The notes beneath the pieces were generated by a model, which was given only the letters and a program-made list of their open reading frames with translations, was not told the origin of the DNA and ran no database searches. Both the position numbers and the translations under genes were made by a program. Positions 25,301 through 37,284 of a stretch of 64,000 nucleotides of DNA are shown here, one piece after another (the stretch's first letter is position 1; each line of letters starts with the position of its first letter). The DNA lies in contig OX597825.1 in assembly GCA_951406725.2 (NCBI GenBank), positions 45,198,001 through 45,262,000 on the forward strand, read 5' to 3'. This DNA is from Octopus vulgaris (taxonomy: Eukaryota).

Positions 25301-25965
25301 TGGTAGAACATAAACAATAGCACCTTACCAACCCACATCAAATGAACAGACAGAGCATTTTGTGGACATTTTTAAAAGAGCTTTGAGAAAAGCAAACAAG
25401 GAAGTCACAGACAAAGTCACTCTGCAACAATTCCTAAGGGTATACAGGGTGACACCAAACCCCAATATACCAGTAGGAAGTTCACCAGCAAAACTGATGT
25501 TTGCAAGGAAGGTAAAATCAGTTTTTGATAAACTGTTACCTGGCAAGGAAAGAAAAAGTACCAGGAAAGACAATCCAAAATTTTTCAAAATTGGTAATAA
25601 GGTGTACATGAGGTCATATAAAAATGGAAAATAGTACTGGGAAGAAGGCAAAATTACAAAGTACATAGGAAAAATGATGTATGGAATTAAAAGCAGAAAA
25701 GGAATTGAAAAAAGACACAGAAACCAATTGAAGAAGAGATTCATAGAAAATGAACCAGACAGATTAGAAGAACCTATGGAATGGCTGTATGACACATTCC
25801 AGGTACTAACACCATTACAGATGGTTTACAGGTGGTTGAACCCAGGTGTATAGACATCAAAAAGGAAAAATATGAAGCTGGAAAAAATGCTAAAATGGGA
25901 GGAGGGGTGAATAAAGTAAAATAAAATTACTTGCTTCCCAAAGAAAAAAAATTACAAGGAGAGAT
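19366..25965 (+). mobile_element. Cluster of three or more decayed Ty3/Gypsy copies in the same orientation
   Basis: LTR 19366-19602 (TGTTGT...ACAACA); gag (EFKYDPEEGVTFEAY); protease twice (QLDMGCDITII, QLDIGSDIMII); RT twice (FKPKRMVPF, FSKL.LSE.YLQ, LPFGVKVVPAIFQ); RNase H; integrase (H.GHP.I..MK, CRGC, VVDSFTKW, SDNGTQF); PPT aaagagggaga + second LTR from 22944. Confidence 0.9.
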
Positions 25966-25974
25966 GCAACAACT

Positions 25975-27432
25975 CAGTGGGTATACCACGAATTTCATCT
26001 CTATTTCCTTCCTTCAATTCATCCAGCGTCCTTGACTGACTCTTAAGGTAGCCCCACAAGAAAAAATCACAAACAGACAAAACCAGTGATTGTGGATGGG
26101 CAGTGAATGTCACTGAATCTTCAGATGACAGTTACTGAACAAATCTTGCACAGCTGCCATTGATTGCCTTGTAGTGTGCAATGTCACCCCATTCTGTGGA
26201 AACCAGGCATTATGAAGTTGTGGAAAATTGTTCAATGCAGGTGCAACAAAAGATTGCAGCATCTCAACATATCGATCCGAATTGACAGTCTTTGTTATCC
26301 CATTTTCATTTTCAAAAAAGTAAGGTCTGATAACATCATGTGATAAAACTGCACACCATACTGTTACCTTGCGGCTGTGTAAAGGGCATTAATGATGTTT
26401 TTTAGGGTTGCTGCCTGCCCAGTAACGTTAGTTCTGCTTGTTCACATAACCTGTGAGATGAAAATGGATCTCATCTGATATCCTCAGCTTGTCTAGAAAT
26501 TCATTGTTTTCATTTATGTTTTCCATAATTGTTTGACAGATGTCTAATTACAATTGGTGATCATTCTCCTTCATTTCTCGCAAAATAGGAACTTTTGAAA
26601 AATCCAACAAACATAGGAAAAATTATAGAAAAATTATAGAAAACAAAAAATTATAGAAAACAAACAAAAACAACGAATTTCTCGATAAGCTGTGGATGTC
26701 AGCTGAGATCCATTTTCATCTCACAGATTATGTGAACAAGCAGAACTATTGTTACAGGGCAGACAGCAACCCGATAAAAATTCCCGAATGACCTTTACAC
26801 AGCAGCAAGGAGACAGTTTTGTCACATGATGTCATCAGATCTTACTTTTTTTGAAAATGAAGATGAGATAACAACAATTGTCTCTTCTGATTGGTATGTT
26901 GAGATGCTGCAATCTTTTGTTATACCTGCATTTTCCACAACTTCATGAAGCCTAGTCTCAACAGGATGGGGTAACATTGCACACTACAAGGCAATCAATG
27001 GCAGCTGTGTGAGATTTGTCCAGTCACTGTATCATCTCAAGATTCAGTGACAATGGCCCCAAAAATCACTGGATTTATCCGTTTGTGATTTTTTTCTTGA
27101 GGGGCTACCTTAAGAGTCAGGTCTACATGACTCAACCAAGGACACTGGATGGATTGAAGGAAGGAATTACAGATGAAATTCGTGGTATACCCACTGAGTT
27201 GTTGCAGCAAGCAATAGAGAGTCTCAAAGGCAAATTGGTAGAATGCATGCATAGAGGAGGGTACCATCTACAGGACGTAATTTTCAGACATGAATAATTT
27301 GGGTTACTAATTCTTAAAGGGCAAGTTGTTTAATTTCTGTCAATAAATCTTTTTGTTGGATTTGGATTTTTCATATTTTTATTGGGTTTTTCAAAAGTTC
27401 CTATTTTTTTTGTGTGTGTGTGTCACCCTGTA
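25975..27432. mobile_element. Two divergently oriented Tc1/mariner (rosa/DD41D-like) transposase fragments
   Basis: SDEIHFHLTGYVNKQN on minus (about 26480-26430) and its homolog on plus (about 26700-26750); FFLRGYLKSQVY in ORF 27016-27297; TIR-like aaaataggaacttttgaaaaa at 26582 and its complement near 27388, ending caccctgTA. Confidence 0.8.
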
Positions 27433-27776
27433 TTATAAAATAGTCTTATAATAGCTAACTTACAAATTGGCTTCATGCCAGAGGTGGAGAACCAATTCCA
27501 GCACTCATCTGAAATGGCTGAAATGTGGGCTCTTTGCCAATGGAAGCTTGAAAGTGCTACATCTGGTTTGTAGTCCTCAGAGATATAAAAGAAACTAGGC
27601 TAAAATTTGTGAAAGAAATCACCCACATCAAACACAGGAAGAAAAAATATTTAGTTCATCATTAGATTGAGACCAAAAAGAGCCATCCCACCAGAGTTTG
27701 GGTTGGAGTAGCACTGGGCAAGATTGAGGTTGGGGTTGATGTTGGAATAAGGGCTGAGTGAGTAGAAGTATGATGG

Positions 27777-29730
27777 CTATGACTCTGTAACTTTCATCAC
27801 CTGATCCAGCAATTTGATACCTCTGTAATTACTTCTATCTAAGGCATCAGCTTTAATTTTGTAACAGTTGACTATTGTTCTGCTACACCAATCATTGGGT
27901 ATCACTTCTTTGTGAACCACCTGATTTACAATACAGGTGACTAGACCATAACCCACATCATCCAAACCTAGGGTACTGTGGTGGTGGAACAATGTAGTAG
28001 ACAGGGCCATTAGAGCTAAGAAACAGGCCTGGAAGGCATGGAAGAATAGGGGTAGCAGGATACTGCATCAGATTGCTAGAGGGGGTGCTAGGAAACAAGT
28101 ATATCTAGCCAAAGGAGAAGCAGAAAAGAAGAAGTTTGCCTATGAGGATGAAAGAACTGAAGTGTTTCAGATTGCAGGACAGTGTATGAGAGAATGTCAT
28201 GATGTCATAGGAGAGAAATGTGTCCATATGGATGATGGTGCACTTGCATGTAATGATTCGGCAAAGAAAGAGGCTTGGAAATGTCGCTATGAAAAACTGC
28301 TGAATGTGGAGGATGAGTGGGAGGAGGAGAGTCTGCCAAATGTTGACCCAATTGAGGGACTGGCTACCCAAATCGACAGTTCCATGGTAGATACAGCAAT
28401 TAAGGATACAAAGACAGGAAAAGTTGCCAGCCCATTAGGAATCTCAACTGAGATGCTTAAAATATCTGGCAGTATGGGTTATGGTCTAGTCACCTGTGTT
28501 GTAAATCAGGTGGTTCACGAAGGAGTCATACCCAATGACTGATGTAGCAGAACCATAGTCATTTGCTACAAAGGTAAAGCTGATACCTTAGATAGAAATA
28601 ATTACAGAGGTATCAAATTGCTGGATCAGGTGATGAAAGTTACAGAGAGAATCATAGCCAAACTAATCAGGGAGATAGTTAGTTAGATTAGATATGATGC
28701 AGTTTGGTTTTGTGCCAGGGAGAAGTACCACTGATGCTATATTTCTGGCAAGGTAACTGCTGGAGAAATACATAGCTAAAGATAAACTGTTATACTTGAC
28801 CTTTGTTGATGTGGAGAAAGCCTTTGGCAAGGTCCCCCAATCTGGTATCTGGTGACCAATGCGGAAACTAGGGATAGACAAGTGGTTGGTGAGAGGTGTA
28901 CAAGCCATGTACAAGGATGCTACCAGTAAGGTGAGGGTTGGCAATGAGGACGGTGAGCTGGCAGAAAAGTTAGTATGCTGAGCGAAATGCTTAGCAGTAT
29001 TTCGTCTGCCGTTACATTCTAAGTTCAAACTCTGCCAAGGTCAACTTTGCCTTTCATCTTTATGTGGTCGATTAAATAAGTACCAGTTATGCACTGGGGT
29101 CAATGTAATAGACTTAATCCTTTTGTCTGTCCTTGTTTGTCCCCTCTATGTCTATCCCCCTGTGGGCAATAAAGAAATAAATGAGTACAGTGAATAATTC
29201 AGGGTACAAGTAGGGGTTCAGCCCTTAGCCCCCTCTTGTTCATCATAGTCCTCCAGGCAATAACAGAAGAATTCAAGACAGACTGCCCCTGGGAGCTCCT
29301 CTATGCTGATGACCTTCCTCTTATAGCCGAATCACTACCTGAACTAGAAAAGTTCCAGGTATGGAAGCAAGGTCTAGAATCAAAGGGCTTTAGAATTAAC
29401 CTAGAAAAAACCAAAATCTTAGTAAGTAGGAAGGCAAACAAATCACATAATCTGTAGAAAAGGTGTAGGTAGGAACTCCATAAGATGCATCCAGTGAAAG
29501 CTCTGGACACATAAAAGGTACAGCAATATCAGGGGAAGGTTAACAGGGAAACTAGCTTTTGTATGCAGAAGATGCACAGATACAATAAACACTGAAAATG
29601 GGCAGAAAATAGACTCCATCAACTGTCAGGGGGTCAAGCTAGAAGTAGTAGACAGTTTCTGTTATCTAGGTGACCATGTTAGTAATGGAGGTGGATGCTC
29701 TGAGAGTGTAGCTGTAAGAATAAGATCAGC
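27777..29730 (+). mobile_element. Decayed RTE LINE with nested SINE and an inverted piece at the 5' side
   Basis: NYRGIKLLDQVMKV, QFGFVPGRSTTDAIF, FVDVEKAF and LLYADD motifs. 27777-27960 is an inverted copy of about 28475-28660. Confidence 0.88.
28949..29180 (+). mobile_element. Full-length tRNA-derived SINE inserted in the RTE
   Basis: Interrupts gttggcaatgag|...|aatgagtacagtg with a 6 bp TSD aatgag. A-box-like head, conserved core, tail ...tgtgggcaataaagaaat. Confidence 0.85.
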
Positions 29731-30999
29731 ACTACGGGGATGTGTTGTCCTTGAGAGGGCCTGTCAAACCAACTGCATCCAGGCTGGTGACATGTAAAGA
29801 ACACCTTTTGAGCATTAGGCCTCATAGAGGCACTTTGGCTGAGTTCTTTTTGAATGAATGTTGGGCCACACAGAGGCAATGACCAAGACCTTTGGCATTA
29901 TGTCATGCTTGAGAAGAAGACCTATCAAGCCAAGTAAAATCGCAGTCATGGCAGATACCAGTGTCATGTAAATTGGCACCCATGCTGGTGGCACATAAAT
30001 GCACCCCAGTGTCATGCAAATGTCTCTAAAAAGGAAATGTTTTTTGATTCGATACTGAAAAAGAATAAAAAGATTTATTGATATATATTTATTGGTATTG
30101 ATTGAACCTAAATTTGATATATATCTCTGCTAGTTTTTAGTATTAGACTATCACTTTGGAGCTATTTTTAGCACACTCTATGGCTTCATTGTCGAAAAAT
30201 CATTAGATTGCCATGTGCGTCCAGTCATTTGAACATAAACAAAATTGTAGCATCTCTGTGTAGTTTTCCTGTAAGACAAATTTCCAACTTCAAGGTACTT
30301 TTAGAAATATTAGTTATTGGTGATTGATAACAACCATTAATATTGATTATTTGCTTCTTTTTTTCCAATTCATGAATCAGTCTGTTAAGAATAGAATTAT
30401 TTATTACCATCCAATTGTAAATGTATTTACTTACAGTTTTAATTCTTTGCACCTGCTATTTAGGAATTTTAAAATTTATCATCTATTCTTTTCACTATAC
30501 ATAAATGTACAGTATGCTAGCTGTTTCTCAATAATATTTCAATATATATATACTTTTTATATATCATTTAAATTTTTTGTTGAATATCATGTAAATTTTT
30601 ATTTGAGGTTAACTGAATTGAATAATTTTCTTTCGCTGTTGTGTTGCTGGACCTTTTTGAAGTTGATTGCAGAGTTCTTTTGTCATTGCCTTATTGAGCT
30701 GCTTTTTTGTTGTTTCAAGTAATTTTGATTATTACGATTTTTCATTCTTAATTCATTGATAGTAGATAGGAGCCATTGTTGAGGATGATAAATAATAAGA
30801 GAGGTGTTAAAGATGAGATATGGCAGACTTAAGATGTAGCTCAGTGAAAGAGAGAGATAACTGGAGGCACAGAAAGAAGGTGATTGGTGGAAAGTAGTAT
30901 GGGCAGAGATGATAATAAAAATGAGGGATGCCTTTTAAAAGGAAAAGGTTACTGGGGAAAAAGAAGGCGACTGGTTATGCAAAAGTGGTTATGAATAGA

Positions 31000-31900
31000 G
31001 AAGTTTAAGATGTGGAAACAAGGTTTAGAACCAAAGGGCCTTAGAGTTAACCTAGCAAAAACCTAAGTCATAGTAAGTAGGAAAGCAGAAAAATCACAAA
31101 TCCTTTCAGGTAGATGGCCCTGCTCAATCTGTATTCCATAAGAAATTCCATAAGATGTGCCCGGTGCAACCTATGGACATATAAGGGATGCAGCAATATC
31201 AGAGAAAGATTAAATGGGAAAATAGGCTTTGTGTGCGGAAGGTGTTCAGGTACAATGAACTCTAAAAATGTACAGAAAATAGACTCCATCAAATGTCAGT
31301 GGAGTAAGCAAGAGGTAGCTGATAGCTTCCATTATCTGGATGCCCAAGTTAGTAGCAGAGGTGGATGCTCTAAGAGTGTAGCTGCAAGAATAAGAATAAG
31401 CTGGGCAAAGTTCCAAGATCTCCTACCTCTGTTGGCAACAAAGGAACTCTCTCTCAGAGCAAAAGGCAAACTGTATGATGCCTGTGTGCAAACAACTGTG
31501 CTACATGGCAGTGAAACATAGGCTGTGACCACTGAGCATGTGTAGGCTTGAAAGAAATTAAACTAACATGCTTCACTGGATATGCAATATCAGTGTGCAT
31601 GTACAACAGAGTGTAAACCTCTTGAGAGAAAAGCTGAAAATAAGATGCATCAGATGTGGTGTGCAAGAGAGACAATTGCACTGGTATGGTCATGTGATGT
31701 GTATGGATGAGTACAGCTGTGCAATGAAGTTCCAATCTCTAATCGTGGAGAGAACCTGCGGAAAAGGTAGACCCAGAAAAACATGGGACAAAGTGGTGAG
31801 GCATGATCTTCAAATGTTGGGCCTCACAGAAGGCTATAACTAGTGTCCAGTGATGTGCCATGCTTGAGAAGATCCATCAAGCTAAGTAAAATCACAGTCA
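31000..31900 (+). mobile_element. 5'-truncated RTE LINE 3' part
   Basis: CARCNLW, VLHGSET, LHWYGHVM and GKGRPRKTW motifs; homologous to 14700-15600. Confidence 0.88.
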
Positions 31901-32600
31901 TGGCTGATGCCAGTGTCATGTAACTGAAACCTGTGCCAGTGGTATGTAAAAAGCAGCTTTCGAATTTTGGGCCTCATGGAGGCAATGTGGGCAATGCTAG
32001 TATTGCATACCTGGCACCCATGCTAGTGGCACAGCATGTAAAAAGCACTCGTCGAGTGTTGGGCCTCATGGAGGCAAGTGGCCAATGCTGGTGTCACATA
32101 ACTGGCATCTATGCTGGTGGCATGTAAAAAGCACCTTTCAAGCATTGGGCCTCATGGAGAAAACTGGTACCTGTGCTGGTGGCATGTAAAAAGCACCTGT
32201 CAAGTGTTGGGCCTCATGAAGGCAATGTAACCAACGCCAGTGTCACATAACTAGCACCTGTTCTAGTGGCACATGAAAGCACCTTTTGAGCGTTGCACCT
32301 CATGGAGGCAATGACAGATGATTGAGACATTTGGCAATATGCTGTGCTTGAGAAGACCCATCAGGCCAAGTGAAATCGCAGTCATGGCAGATACCGGTGT
32401 CATACAACTGGCACCGGTGTCATACAACTGGCACCTGTGCCAGTGGCACATGCAAGGACCCATTACACTCTTGGAGTGGTTGGTGTTAGGAAGGGTATCC
32501 AGCCATAGAAACGATGCCAAATCAAACTGGAGTCTGGTGCAGCTCCTCAGCTTACCAGCCCTAGTCAAATCGTCCATGCCAGCATGGACAACAGGTGTTA
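31900..32600 (+). repeat. Tandemly amplified RTE 3' segment (about six 60-90 bp units)
   Basis: Units of ctggtggcatgtaaaaagcacct...ttgggcctcatggaggcaa at about 31936, 32023, 32114, 32175, 32263 and 32440; ends in (GAT)n. Confidence 0.8.
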
Positions 32601-32964
32601 AATGATGATGATGATGATGATGATGATGTGTTGATTCTTCTTAAATGGTTACAGCAGCTGAGTAGCATCATAGTTAAAAGTGATGGAATGATGGGTATTA
32701 AGATGAGATGTGGAGGAATGCTTGTGTGTATGTATGAATGCTTGTGTGCATGTGTGTATATATTTATTTATAGTCTTATATGCATAAAAACAAGAAACAC
32801 TCACTGAATAAAAGTCTCAATGCATCTGTAAAATCTAATATTTATGAGTGGCTTTGATGTTTCACTAGTGGTGGCTTGATCAAGGTGAATTTGAACAAAC
32901 TATCACTATTGAAATTTCAAAATTACTGACAATAATAGATAGAGAAAGGGAGAGAGAGAGAGAG

Positions 32965-33015
<51 letters not shown>

Positions 33016-33274
33016 ATTAATTTAATTTAATTGATTGTTTTGGGACTCTTAATTCACACTGTTGTTGCTTAGGCCCTGATCATGCCTTACACAGCATACC
33101 CATGATGAAAATTATTTTAGTCATGAACATCCCATCCCTGTCCACTTATAATGCCTCTAGGATCCCATTATCCATCAATTGTTAAAATGGTAAACTGTGA
33201 TTGCAGCGAGATTGCTACCAAATTCAGTAACCACATAGAGGTCACTTGTTGATTTCCAGGTCACTTTACTCTCT

Positions 33275-33655
33275 CACTCTTTTATTTGTTTCAGTCATTT
33301 GACTGTGGCCATGCTGGAGCACCACCTTTAGTCAAACAAATCGACCCCAGAACTTATTCTTTGTAAGCCTGGCATTTATTCTACCAGTCTCTCTTGCCGA
33401 ACTGCTATGTTATGAGGATGTAAACACACCAGCATCTGTTGTCAAGTGATGGTGAGGGGACAAACACAGACACACACACACACACACACATACATACGAT
33501 GGGCTTCTTTCAGTTTCTGTCAACCAAATCCACTCACAAGGCTTTCATCAGCCTTAGGCTATAGTAGAAGACACTTGTTCAAGGTGCCACGCAGTGGGAC
33601 TGAACCCAGAACCATGTGGTTGGGAAGCAAGCTTCTTACCACACAGCCACACCTG
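33275..33655 (-). mobile_element. Full-length tRNA-derived SINE
   Basis: Minus strand: tggctgtgtggtaagaagc (A box), gggttcagtccc (B box), gcaccttgaacaagtgtcttc core, internal (TG)n, tail aatgactgaaacaaataaaaga. Confidence 0.85.
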
Positions 33656-33666
33656 TGCCTGTGAGA

Positions 33667-33786
33667 TGCTTACAGCACCTAGGTTTCCCAAGCGGTCACC
33701 CATCTAAGTACTCACTAGGCCCAACGTTGCTTAACTTCAGTGATCAGATGAGAACCAGTGCTTTCAATGTGATATGGCCATTCATG
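33667..33786 (-). pseudogene. 5S rRNA pseudogene (near full length)
   Basis: Minus strand GGCCATATCACATTGAAAGCACTGGTTCTCATCTGATCACTGAAGTTAAGCAACGTTGGGCCTAGTGAGTACTTAGATGGGTGACCGCTTGGGAAACCTAGGTGCTGTAAGC matches metazoan 5S, with many CpG-type transitions and no oligo-T terminator. Confidence 0.9.
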
Positions 33787-33800
33787 TTGTGGTGTAATTA

Positions 33801-35968
33801 CACAACGTAACAATTTTCAAAAAAAAATTTGTTTATTGTATTTTTTTATTGTTTATCAATCCATTTTTTTCTGCTGATTCCAAAAATGAAATTATATTTT
33901 GTGTATCATCAACAGTTAAGAAAATATGTCAACTTTCAATATTATTATGTGTTCGGTATCGTTATGATGTTCCGCTACTAAATGTATATCTAATTTTCTC
34001 TTTCAGACCAATTACTATGTTCTGATACTTTCAGGATGCCTACTATAGTATGTAAAAATTCACCAGATACATTTTGCTATGTGTGTGGTTATTATATCGG
34101 AAAAAAGCAGGTATTACATAAGATCGTGAAAGGTGCCAAACTGTGGATAGCGTACAGACTATTTCAGAATACCTATGGGTGACTAGGACAAACCACAGGC
34201 CCCACATGTGATATGTGGAAACTATCGATCTACTCTAGAAGGATGGTTAAGAGGTACAGGAAGGTCAATGCCTTTTGCCATTCCAAGGGTATGGAGAGAG
34301 CCAAAGTACCATCACGATGACTGTTACTTTTGTATGATCAATGTGACAAAGTACAGAAACGTGAAAAGAAAACTAGCTCTTCAGTATCCAGACATACCAT
34401 CATCTAGAGCACCTGTCCCACATGATGACAGTTTATGAGTATCACTACCACAAGAAAATATTTCATCTGAAGAGTCAACAATTAGCAGCAGCCAAGAAAT
34501 GGAGGAAGCTTTCGTACCAAGAACAACTTCGGAGACTCATTTTCCAAATCAGAGAGAGCTAGATGATTTAATCAGGGATCTGGGTCTTACTGAACTTCTT
34601 TCATCAAGGTTGAAGGAATGGAATCTACTGGGGGAAGATTGAAAGACATCTCTGTACTGGAAACGCTATGAAGAATTTGAAATTAACTATGAAAATATTA
34701 ATGATCTGTGTTATTGTAAAGATGTGATTGGTTTGCTTACTGCTATTGGACTCAAGCATGATTCTGCAGAATGGTGACTGTTCATAGACAGCTCAACACA
34801 AAGTCTCAAAGCAGTGTTGCTCCACAGTGGAAATAAATATCCTTCTTTGCCTCTTGCACACTCCAATGTCAAAGAACTTCTCGACAAAATAAATTATGCT
34901 GAGTTCAAGTGGGATGTTTGTGGTGATTTCAAGATGCTTGCCTTCTTGCTTGGCTTGCAAGGGGGATACACAAAGTATTCATGTGTCCTTTGCTTATGGG
35001 ACAGCAGAGCTGATGATCATCATTACAAGAGAGTACATTGGCCCCAACAAGTGGAACTGCAGCCAGGAATGTTAAATGTTCTCAAACAGCCACTAGTAGA
35101 TTCCAACAAAATCTTATTACCCCCACTTCATATCAAACTCAGATTAGTAAAACAGTTTGTGAAGGCCTTAGATTTTAGAGAAGCTTTTCAAGAAATTTGT
35201 CTTATGTTTCCAAAGCTGTCTGAGGCTAAGATCAAGGGTGGCATATTTGTTGGGCCCCAAGTAAATGCAAAGGTCGAAGAAACTGGAAAGAACGATGACA
35301 AAAGTTGAAAAAGAAGCTTGGTGTGAATTTCGTGATGTAGTTCATAGATTTCTAGGAAATCACAAGGATCCTATTTACAAACAGCTGGTAGCAAAGCTTA
35401 TTGAAAACTTCAAGAAAATGGGTTGTCGTATGTCCTTAAAGGTTCATTTTTTGCACTCTCACCTAGATTTTTCCCCGAAAACTTGGGTGATGTCAGTGAG
35501 AAGCATGGTGAAAGATTGCAACTATGGAAAGAAGATACCAAGGACAATGGGATACTGCTATGATGGGAGATTATATATATGGTCTCTAATCAGAAGAGAT
35601 GAAGGTATACACTCCAGAAAATCTCAATCGTCAAAGCACTTCTCATCTTAAGAAAAGAGTTATCAAGGCATTTACAGTGCAGAGTTTTATTGTTTCTTTT
35701 TGTTCTAACTAATATTATACTTCCTACATACCTTTCAATATATGAAAAAGTACTAAATGTTGTGTAATTATCCTTACAATACTAGAATAGATTAAACCAA
35801 CAAAGTGCTGTAGAGAAAAGTTACAAATATAACAAGCAAATATGAAATTAGGAATAAATAAATAAGTATCGATGTTACATCAAAATGAATGTGATTTTTG
35901 AATTTAGTAGCAAAAAATGCATATATGAACATTAAAAAATACAAATAAACAAAACATGTTACATTGTG
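33801..35968 (+). mobile_element. Full-length decayed Chapaev3-like (CMC) DNA transposon
   Basis: TIRs CACAACGTAACA...tttgtttattgtattttt / aaaaaatacaaataaacaaa...TGTTACATTGTG; flanks tta/cta. Transposase motifs CKNSPDTFCYVCG, MPFAIPRVWREP..H.DDCYFC, CGDFKMLAFLLGLQGGYTKYSC.LCLWDSR, LLPPLHIKL, MSLKVHFLHSHLD. Family assignment from memory. Confidence 0.8.
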
Positions 35969-36230
35969 CTATTTCTCTATAATAAGTCTTTGGGAAAATA
36001 TCCACTCTCACATTAACACTTTTATACTACCTTACAGTAAGTTTGTAATTGTTTTGAATGTAATTGTATGAATGCCATGAGTGTCTTATTTTCTCTTTCA
36101 AAATCACTACATCAGTTTTCATTAAAGTAGCCATTTTTAGAGAAGAAAGAATAGACAAATGGCAATGTTTAGGGAAAGATAAAAGGTATAGTTTATATGA
36201 CAGATGTGTAGAAATAAAAAGTAATCTTAC

Positions 36231-36411
36231 CAAATAGAGTAGGAGTTACTTTCTTCTTTTCAGTCATAATTCCCTCCAAAGGCTTAATAGTTTTTAATGA
36301 GACTGGAGAAGGTTCTAAACTTAACTGAGCAGCTGAAGGTATCAAACCTCTCTCAATTAAATTAAGGATTCCCTTTTGGGCATCTTTCTCAGAGATTGAA
36401 GCTGGTATATT
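36231..36411 (-). CDS. IQCH: Internal coding exon of IQCH-like gene (NIPASISEKDAQKGILNLIERGLIPSAAQLSLEPSPVSLKTIKPLEGIMTEKKKVTPTLF)
   Basis: Minus strand: acceptor ctatctttcag, 181 nt open frame (phase 0 to 1), donor gtaaga. The DA.KGIL.LIERGLIP.A motif is recognisable as IQCH from memory; needs BLAST confirmation. Confidence 0.8.
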
Positions 36412-37151
36412 CTGAAAGATAGATATACATACTTTTTCTCATTATATTTTATGAAACACATTTCAGATGAATTATTACACAGTTTTTCACATTTTTAACT
36501 GAAATTCAAAGCACTAGTTATTGACAATTAAGTCAATATTCGTTACAACATTCTACATAGATACATATTAGCATGTACTGGGACTGAACTGAGAAAACTT
36601 TATTTCACGAATTCTACAATCACAAAGACAAGAAATACAAGATAGACATGCATATATACATTGCACATAACAGGCTAAATCCTTTGAAATGGAATGTTTC
36701 AAAATTGCTTAATTTTGTGAGGAATGAACTCTAATTCAATAACATTAACTAGCACATGCATATATACACACATACATTGCATGTAAAAAGCCAGTTTAGA
36801 TGAATTTCTTACAGAGTATATCTGGAATAAAAAGGCCTACAAGGTCACATATGCCATCACTGTTCAATGCATGAGTGATTTCTTCCATAAATTTCATTCT
36901 GATTTTTTACAATAACCCTAAAACCCATAAACTAGATATGACAGATATGACATTTTCAAGCCTCCAGGGTCAAAGAGCACATACCATATCATTTGTTTGA
37001 GCCATTTCTGATAATTGCTGGATTTGAATTTCCATCTCTGGAATGAAGTGAGTAGGTAACTTGGCCATGATGTGATTATGGTGTAATAAATTATCAATAA
37101 ATATAATATACCCAACTTATCACTGTTAAAATTTCAAAATTACTGACAATA

Positions 37152-37217
<66 letters not shown>

Positions 37218-37221
37218 GTGT

Positions 37222-37258
<37 letters not shown>

Positions 37259-37284
37259 TGTCTGTCTGTCTGTGAAATACACAC

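Noticed and set aside
30020-30780. AT-rich segment with short ORFs (30225-30452, 30324-30722) as an exon or Penelope remnant
   Set aside because: No diagnostic motif, and the candidate splice sites give in-frame stops.
31900-32460. CRISPR-like repeat/spacer appearance
   Set aside because: Eukaryotic context, degenerate repeats, inter-repeat segments homologous to each other and to the RTE 3' end, and no cas genes.
33667-33786. Functional 5S rRNA gene
   Set aside because: Solitary copy, altered 5' end, multiple transitions in stems and no terminator.
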